Below, piece after piece: positions 26,780 to 32,000 of a stretch of 32,000 bases of DNA. The position numbers and the translations under genes are program-made. The stretch comes from Telmatocola sphagniphila (GTDB taxonomy: Bacteria; Planctomycetota; Planctomycetia; Gemmatales; Gemmataceae): NCBI RefSeq assembly GCF_018398935.1, contig NZ_CP074694.1, forward strand, positions 5,460,001-5,492,000, read 5' to 3'. Within the stretch, counting starts at the first letter, position 1; each line of letters begins with the position of its first letter. The notes beneath the pieces were generated by a model. It was not told the origin of the DNA and made no database searches. It saw only the letters and a list, made by a program, of their open reading frames with translations.

Positions 26780-27224
26780 TGAAGTTATACTCCCTAAGCA
26801 TCTTATACAACAGATCGATTCAATAAAACTCGATAAAGTGAATGGAAGGGATTATATATCTGAATATAAAATAGAAATAAGCATGGAATATTCAGATAGT
26901 TCAAAAAACAAAATTGATGAATTAGTTAAATTATACAACATAAAAATTGTCGATGAATGGCAACAAGATCCATTCGTGGTAACATCTCGCATCCCTAATG
27001 GAATGAAAATAGGTGTTCCAGACGATCGACCTTTTAACTATATTTGGAAAGATGGACGACCAACCAAAGTTATAGACGAAGCTGCAACAAATACATTAGA
27101 TAAAGTTGAATTTAAGACGGACAACAACAATTCTAGATTAAGAATAATCTTATTTGCATCATGCGTAGTTATTTTAATTCTGATACTGACGTTGTCTAAA
27201 ATTATACTTCGAAAACGGTATTGA
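26733..27224 (+). CDS. Hypothetical low-GC protein with a C-terminal TM anchor; probably the continuation of the preceding ORF
   Basis: The reading frame is open from 26721. PFVVTSRIPNGMKIGVPDD resembles the C-terminal strand region of LolA-like folds. The C-terminal hydrophobic helix is LRIILFASCVVILILILTL. Confidence 0.4.
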   Translation: MMGKNLKDWAKKDKDNEVILPKHLIQQIDSIKLDKVNGRDYISEYKIEISMEYSDSSKNKIDELVKLYNIKIVDEWQQDPFVVTSRIPNGMKIGVPDDRPFNYIWKDGRPTKVIDEAATNTLDKVEFKTDNNNSRLRIILFASCVVILILILTLSKIILRKRY

Positions 27225-27406
27225 TATGAATAATATAGTATAATAACAATTCTGATTTCTTCATGAAACAAATATAATGAAAAACTCAACGACCAACCAC
27301 AAGGTCCATATTGTGGTCTATATTGTTTCTTTTTTACATCTACATGTTTTATATTATCTCTAATTAGATGTTGTTTTAGAATAGATAGATGTAAGGACTT
27401 TCAATC

Positions 27407-27856
27407 GTGAAGAGATCAAAAGGATTTTCACTAATTGAACTAATTATAGTTATTTCAATTATTGCATTACTTTTCGGTATTCTGCTTGCGGCGATACAAA
27501 GAATTCGTGCTTCTGCGGCACTCTCTAGCTGTTTGAACAAGGCTAGACAGCTCAATATAGCGTTGCATGGTTATCACGATCAATACGGCCATTTTCCTTC
27601 AGGGATTATTAGTGCGGACTACCCAACAACTCAGCCATTCATGACTTGGCTTACAAAGCTCCTACCTTTTGTCGAAGAAGAACCGCTGTGGCAAAAATGT
27701 CTGCAAGCCTATGAAGTCGATAAGAATTTTGAAAAACCACCACATCTCGAAATTTTAGGTAAAAAGATCAAGTCGTATATTTGTTCCGCTGACCCTATTT
27801 CGCAAGAGCCGTGGAATTTTCAAGGCCAGTTTACTGTTGCATTTACAAATTATCTA
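27407..27856 (+). pseudogene. DUF1559 / prepilin-type N-terminal methylation domain protein, 5' fragment (interrupted by IS630)
   Basis: MKRSKGFSLIELIIVISIIALLFGILLAAIQRIRASAA has the type IV pilin-like GFSLIE leader and is typical of planctomycete DUF1559 proteins. The frame runs into the IS at the CTAG at 27854-27857. Confidence 0.85.
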
Positions 27857-29023
27857 GTGTAGTGTCTCAGAAATAGCGTTACTTTTAGCTCCTTTTTGCG
27901 GTTTACTCTATAGAAAAGGAGAAAACCCATGAAAGTCGCGCTGCCAATCTTACTTTCTGACGAGGAACGACAAACTTTGACTTCTTGGTCTCGGGGACGA
28001 AGTACTCCCGCTCGGCTGGTCCTGCGGGCGAAGATCATACTCGCGGCGGCCGCGGGTGTACGGAACAAGGACATTGCTCAGCAGTGCGGCACGTCGAAGC
28101 CCACGGTGGCGCGCTGGCGGACCCGATTTGCGAAGCTGCGTTTGGCGGGTATCGAACGGGACGCTTCGCGGCCGGGTCGAACGCCAGCGATCAGCCGGAA
28201 AGTCGTCGAAGAAATTCTCCGCAAGACCACTCAGGAGAAACCTTCTGGTGCCACGCATTGGAGCACGCGAACGATGGCCCAAGAGGTGGGAGTGAGCAAA
28301 GCCACCGTGCAGCGGGTTTGGTCGGCCCACAACTTGAAGCCGCACTTGCATAAGACCTTCAAGGTATCGAATGATCCTCAATTCGCCGAGAAACTGTGGG
28401 ACGTAGTGGGCTTGTACTTGAACCCTCCCGAGCACGCCCTGGTGCTGAGTTGCGATGAGAAGAGTCAGATTCAAGCCCTTGATCGTACGCAAAAAGCTTG
28501 CCGATGGTACCCGGCCGTTGCGGCACTCTGACTCACGATTACATGCGTCATGGCACCACCACTCTGTTCGCGGCCCTGAACGTGGCCGAGGGAATTGTGA
28601 TTGGCGAGTGCATGCCGCGACATCGACATCAGGAATGGATCAAGTTTCTCAAACGGATCGATGCCGCCACCGATCCGTCCTTGGATTTGCACTTGATCGT
28701 GGACAACTACGCCACGCATAAGCATTCCAAAGTTCGTCGTTGGTTGGCCCGGCATTCTCGATTCCACATGCATTTCACCCCCACGAGCAGTTCCTGGATG
28801 AATCTGGTGGAGCGTTGGTTTCGCGACTTGACGGACAAACGACTGCGTCGAGGCACATTTCGAAGCGTGCCGCAATTAATCCAGGCGATTGAGGACTACA
28901 TCGATCATCACAACAACACAGGAAAGGGATTCCAGTGGACCGCCAAAGCCGAAGTTATTCTGGAGAAAGTCCGCCGGGCGAGGGCTACCTTGGATAAAAC
29001 ACATTCTGTGTGAGACACTACAC
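27857..29023 (+). mobile_element. IS630-family insertion sequence, 1167 bp, apparently intact
   Basis: Terminal inverted repeats: gtgtagtgtctca at 27857-27869, and its reverse complement at 29011-29023. TA is present on both sides (27855-27856 and 29024-29025), each within CTAG. The element carries an internal DDE transposase gene. Its GC content is host-like, unlike the surrounding AT-rich DNA. Confidence 0.9.
27929..29013 (+). CDS. IS630-family transposase (HTH + DDE_3-like), requiring a -1 frameshift near 28490-28496
   Basis: ORF A (27929-28531) carries the HTH region, and its ...[14 protein letters not shown] is typical of IS630 transposases. ORF B (frame -1, open through 29013) continues with [29 protein letters not shown]...[11 protein letters not shown]...[20 protein letters not shown]. 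The junction is at c-aaaaa-g (28490-28496). Confidence 0.85.
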
Positions 29024-29025
29024 TA

Positions 29026-29457
29026 GGCTCGTCCGGTACAAATCTAGACACCTATGATGGAATATTATTTCCAGATTCTAAGGTTGCAATAAGTGCTATT
29101 TTGGACGGTACAAGTAATACTATAATTTTCGGGGAAAGACATGTAAGTGAGAGTCGAAATTATGGTTGGTGGTACGCCGGTTGGGGACAAACTCAAAGCG
29201 GATCCCTTGATTCGTTGATGGGTAGTCGTGAACTCAATTACGATCGGAGATTGGATAATTGCCCAATAGGTCCTTATAACTTTACGGTAGGTAAATCAAA
29301 AAATCCTTGCGATGTATTTCACTACTGGTCCCACCATAGCGGAGGAGCTGCTTTCGCTTTTGCGGATGGCTCTGTTAAATTCCTCAGATATGAGCAGGAT
29401 ATTATTCTCAAAGCACTCGCGACCCGTGCCGGAAGAGAAGATGTTTCAATCGACTAA
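29026..29457 (+). pseudogene. DUF1559 protein, 3' fragment with the H-X9-DG motif (continuation of 27407-27856)
   Basis: This fragment is in frame with the 5' fragment once the IS and one TA are removed. GSSGTNLDTYDGILFPDSKVAISAILDGTSNTIIFGERH... is present, and HSGGAAFAFADGS matches H-X9-DG. Confidence 0.85.
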
Positions 29458-29520
29458 AATAAATCCGTTTTTGCATTGATAGATAGTAAAAAGGATATTC
29501 CCTGGTATCTTTAGCTATGA

Positions 29521-29608
29521 GGCGGCGGCCTACCGGTATATATCACGAATATCCAGCGTCAGCCGGGCGGGTTGATCTCTTTCTGGATCGGGTACGAGTT
29601 TGAGTGAG
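29521..29608. repeat. Right copy of the 88-bp direct repeat (orphan copy of the M6 protease 3' end)
   Basis: See 25610-25697. The four differences all fall at codon third positions and are synonymous. Confidence 0.95.
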
Positions 29609-29968
29609 GGGGAAACGTCATCCCAGAGCAGAGTTTGTTTCTCAAGTACTACCGGCTGTGCCCGGTCAACAGCTTTGCCCTGAAAAATGTGCGAATTCTT
29701 CAGATGGCCTCACTGCCACGCAAAATTCACGTCAATTTGTCAGTGGGATGAACTGCTAAGCTCCTCTGGTAAGAGGATCACCCGACGGATTCCGCCTCAG
29801 CTTCGGCCAGAGTTGCAGTCGATGAAAAGATAAGACGGCAGTTCGGAGTAACATAACCAATTCAAACAGAATATTTAAGAATTCAGAATTCCAGAATTTT
29901 CAGCCCGAATAAGCCGAATAAATGTCGTATCGATTTCGGTTCGATACGAGAAATCATTGCAGTGAAAA

Positions 29969-31438
29969 ATGCTTAAAGTTCTGATAGGGATCTCGGCAGT
30001 GATCGCCGCTACGGGGTTATACTTTCATTTTTTTCGCGACAACGGGTCGAAGAGTTCTAATAGTTTCAACGCGACTCCCCGGCAACTCTCCTGGATTCGA
30101 ATCCTAGTTTGCCTGGCCGCTCTTCTGCTGACACTACTGGAAGACCTACCAAGAGTTGCAGAATTCCCTCGTGAATTCGGCGTGTCTTATGAGGCGACGG
30201 AGTGGCTACTTCGCCTACCTGGCTATTCTCAGGTATTGGTCAGCCGGAGTTACCTTGCTTTACTCCAGTGGGCTACGTTCTTATTACTTTTCCTGGCCAT
30301 GCTGGGTGTTTTTACTCGGTTCAGTCTTCCGCTGGCGGGACTCAGCTTCTTTTACCTGCAAGCGATTTTGCGTTATCATGCAATATCTTTTCACGAGGGC
30401 GTCTTACCGATTTATCTGCTACTGATTCTGACTTTCACTCCCTGTTCCGAGGTTTGGTCGTTCGATTCCTGGTGGAGATCGCCCCGGCCTGCACCATCTT
30501 CGCAAGCCGTTCGATTTAGTGTATTCCTGTGCTTTTTCGTTGTTGCCGCTGTCTATGTTTCTTGCGGATTCAGTAAGTTAGGCAATTCGGGTTTGAATTG
30601 GTTGCAACCCGAAAACTTGGAATTCAAAATTCTCCGCGATGCTATGAATCCCCTCTTCTTCAGTGAATTTCGCAATCCGGCTATCTGGCTCCACAGACAT
30701 GATGTACCCATTTTCAGTTACAGTCTAATAGGGATATTTACTGTATCAGCGGAATTGTCCTATATAGCAATCTTTTTTTCGAAGTGGGCACGGGTTGTGA
30801 TTCCTATTTTGATTTTCAGCTTGCACACTGGAATCCTAGTTTTTCAGAGGATTTTATTTCTAGACTTGATGATTCTCCAACTCATCTTCATTAACGCGAA
30901 CTGGTTAGCACTATGGGCTCGTCGAAATAAGGAAATTCCTCCAGATTCCGATAACTTCATTCGCATTTCGAAGCTGGAACATAGATCAGAAACGGCTTGT
31001 CCGAAGCAACGCCTAAGACTGCTGGCATTCATTGTGATTTCTGCGGGTATCTCCGCGGTTTGGATTTACAGGATCGAACGCTTCCCGTTGTCGGCGTGGC
31101 AGATGTACTCCGATGTTCAAGCTCGGATGCCGATCGTGTATTTTAAAGTGATGGCCACTCGAGAAAACGGTGAGATTGAGGAGGTCGATTCACATTTATT
31201 CTGTCGATCGGTTATGATCAACAGCTATATGATGCTTATCCCCTCTCTCAACTCGGAGCGTATGAGTACGCTAACTGAAGTCATTACGAATTACATTGAA
31301 AAAAGTAATAAGGCCTCGCCCCCAGAATCGCGAATTAAATGTATAGAAATCGAGAAATGGAACTGGGATTACTGGGAAGATCCGAAGAACCCAAATTGTG
31401 GAAAAATAGTCAATAGCTATGCGTTCTATGCAAAGTAA
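29969..31438 (+). CDS. Polytopic membrane protein, HTTM-domain-like (vitamin-K-carboxylase-related TM domain family)
   Basis: There are multiple TM helices. LSWIRILVCLAALLLTL..., ...MLGVFTRFSLPLAGLSFFYLQAILRYHAISFHEGVLPIYLLLILTFTPCSEVWSFDSWW resembles the HTTM pattern (..G..tR.a......y.s......nggd.l...Lf.l.f.P....S.D). A soluble C-terminal part of roughly 130 aa follows. GC content is lower than in the core genes. Confidence 0.7.
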   Translation: MLKVLIGISAVIAATGLYFHFFRDNGSKSSNSFNATPRQLSWIRILVCLAALLLTLLEDLPRVAEFPREFGVSYEATEWLLRLPGYSQVLVSRSYLALLQWATFLLLFLAMLGVFTRFSLPLAGLSFFYLQAILRYHAISFHEGVLPIYLLLILTFTPCSEVWSFDSWWRSPRPAPSSQAVRFSVFLCFFVVAAVYVSCGFSKLGNSGLNWLQPENLEFKILRDAMNPLFFSEFRNPAIWLHRHDVPIFSYSLIGIFTVSAELSYIAIFFSKWARVVIPILIFSLHTGILVFQRILFLDLMILQLIFINANWLALWARRNKEIPPDSDNFIRISKLEHRSETACPKQRLRLLAFIVISAGISAVWIYRIERFPLSAWQMYSDVQARMPIVYFKVMATRENGEIEEVDSHLFCRSVMINSYMMLIPSLNSERMSTLTEVITNYIEKSNKASPPESRIKCIEIEKWNWDYWEDPKNPNCGKIVNSYAFYAK

Positions 31439-31453
31439 ATCTCACTCGCACTA

Positions 31454-31749
31454 GTGCAATGTCTCAGAATTAGCGTTACTTTGAGCTCCTTTTTTTCAGT
31501 TCATTCTATAGATGAAGAGAAAACCCATGAAAATCGCCCTGCCAATTTCGCTGTCCGACTAAGAACGCCAAACGTTGACTTTTTGGGCTCGGGGACGAAG
31601 TACTCCCGCTCGGCTAGTCCTTCGGGCGAAGATCGTAAGCATCCCAAGGTTCGGCGTTGGTTGACCCGACATCCTCGATTCCACATACACTTCACCCCCA
31701 CGCGCAGTCCCTGGATGAATCTGGTGGAACGCCGGTTTCGCGACTTGAC
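31454..31749 (+). mobile_element. Degenerate, internally deleted and 3'-truncated IS630 remnant
   Basis: 31454-31634 aligns with the left end of the intact copy (27857 to about 28036), including the TIR (gtgcaatgtctcag vs gtgtagtgtctcag). It has an in-frame TAA where the intact copy has GAG. 31635-31749 aligns with about 28719-28833 of the intact copy. About 680 bp are missing internally, and the right end is absent. Confidence 0.8.
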
Positions 31750-31948
31750 AGGTATCTCAAATTCCCAGCAATTCACTTACTATGCCCGTATTTTCCCGAT
31801 CTGAAAGGCCGATTTTAACGACCCAGACTGCCTAAATTTCCATTTTCAGCCCAAGATGCTCTTAAAAATAAAGTATACCTTAATTAACTTGGATCTTAAC
31901 GCAAACAAAGTTGGATTGTCCCACCCGAATCCTAAGTGAGTGGTGCCC

Positions 31949-32000
31949 ATGCCCCTTCGCCTTCTGCTGAGCTGTCTGCTGTTGGTGCTTTGGAATTTCC
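31949..32000 (+). CDS. Possible 5' end of a secreted protein gene running off the right edge
   Basis: The ATG at 31949 is followed by MPLRLLLSCLLLVLWNF, which is signal-peptide-like. Only 17 codons are visible. Confidence 0.3.
   Translation, partial: MPLRLLLSCLLLVLWNF

Larger units (their letters stand above)
25698..29520. mobile_element. Low-GC inserted segment (putative decayed or trans-mobilised integrative island) between the direct repeats
   Basis: These 3823 bp are AT-rich (spot counts 23-45 % G+C per 60 nt) against GC-rich flanks. The segment is bracketed by 88-bp direct repeats of a gene 3' end. It carries orphan ORFs, a DUF1559 gene and an IS element. No integrase is visible. Confidence 0.5.

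Noticed and set aside
31454-31804. 116-aa ORF
   Set aside because: It is a chimeric reading frame running through the degenerate, internally deleted IS630 remnant, not an independent gene.
1-32000. Scan for CRISPR arrays, tRNA/rRNA/tmRNA genes, integrase or recombinase genes, toxin-antitoxin pairs and reverse transcriptases
   Set aside because: No regularly spaced repeats, no tRNA-like T-arm or acceptor signatures, and no ORF with recognisable integrase, RT or toxin motifs were found. The only transposase is the IS630 one.

Overview
This is a high-GC bacterial chromosome segment, roughly 55-65 % G+C by spot counts of 60-nt lines. Its gene content points to a planctomycete, probably Gemmataceae-like. 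The indicators are a DUF1559/H-X9-DG pseudopilin-type gene, a PSCyt1-type CxxCH motif, an ECF sigma factor fused to WD40 repeats, and an N-terminal LEDRRVLS-type motif. From left to right the window holds: (1) the 5' part of a secreted repeat protein (-); (2) a BlaI-like repressor and BlaR1-like M56 sensor-protease pair (+), with two AGACA-N3-TGTCT dyads over the putative promoter, followed by a secreted alpha/beta hydrolase; (3) three large minus-strand signalling/envelope genes: a beta-propeller protein with heme motifs, a membrane Ser/Thr kinase with a beta-helix ectodomain, and an ECF sigma-TM-WD40 fusion; (4) a GntR regulator with a secreted four-repeat protein; (5) the translation cluster infB-DUF503-rbfA plus an endonuclease III-like gene (-); (6) a PDZ-M6 metalloprotease (+). 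From 25.7 kb to the right edge the window is an AT-rich accessory region. It begins with a 3.8-kb segment bracketed by 88-bp direct repeats that duplicate the protease gene's 3' end. That segment contains a frameshifted LolA-like ORF pair and a DUF1559 gene split by an intact IS630-family element (CTAG target, TA duplication). An HTTM-like membrane protein gene and an internally deleted IS630 remnant follow. No rRNA, tRNA or CRISPR array was recognised. The most noteworthy observations are the repeat-bracketed insertion, the sharp intragenic GC drop inside the sigma-WD40 gene, and the kinase/sigma-WD40 pairing with no anti-sigma gene. All domain calls come from motif recognition by eye; no database search was run.
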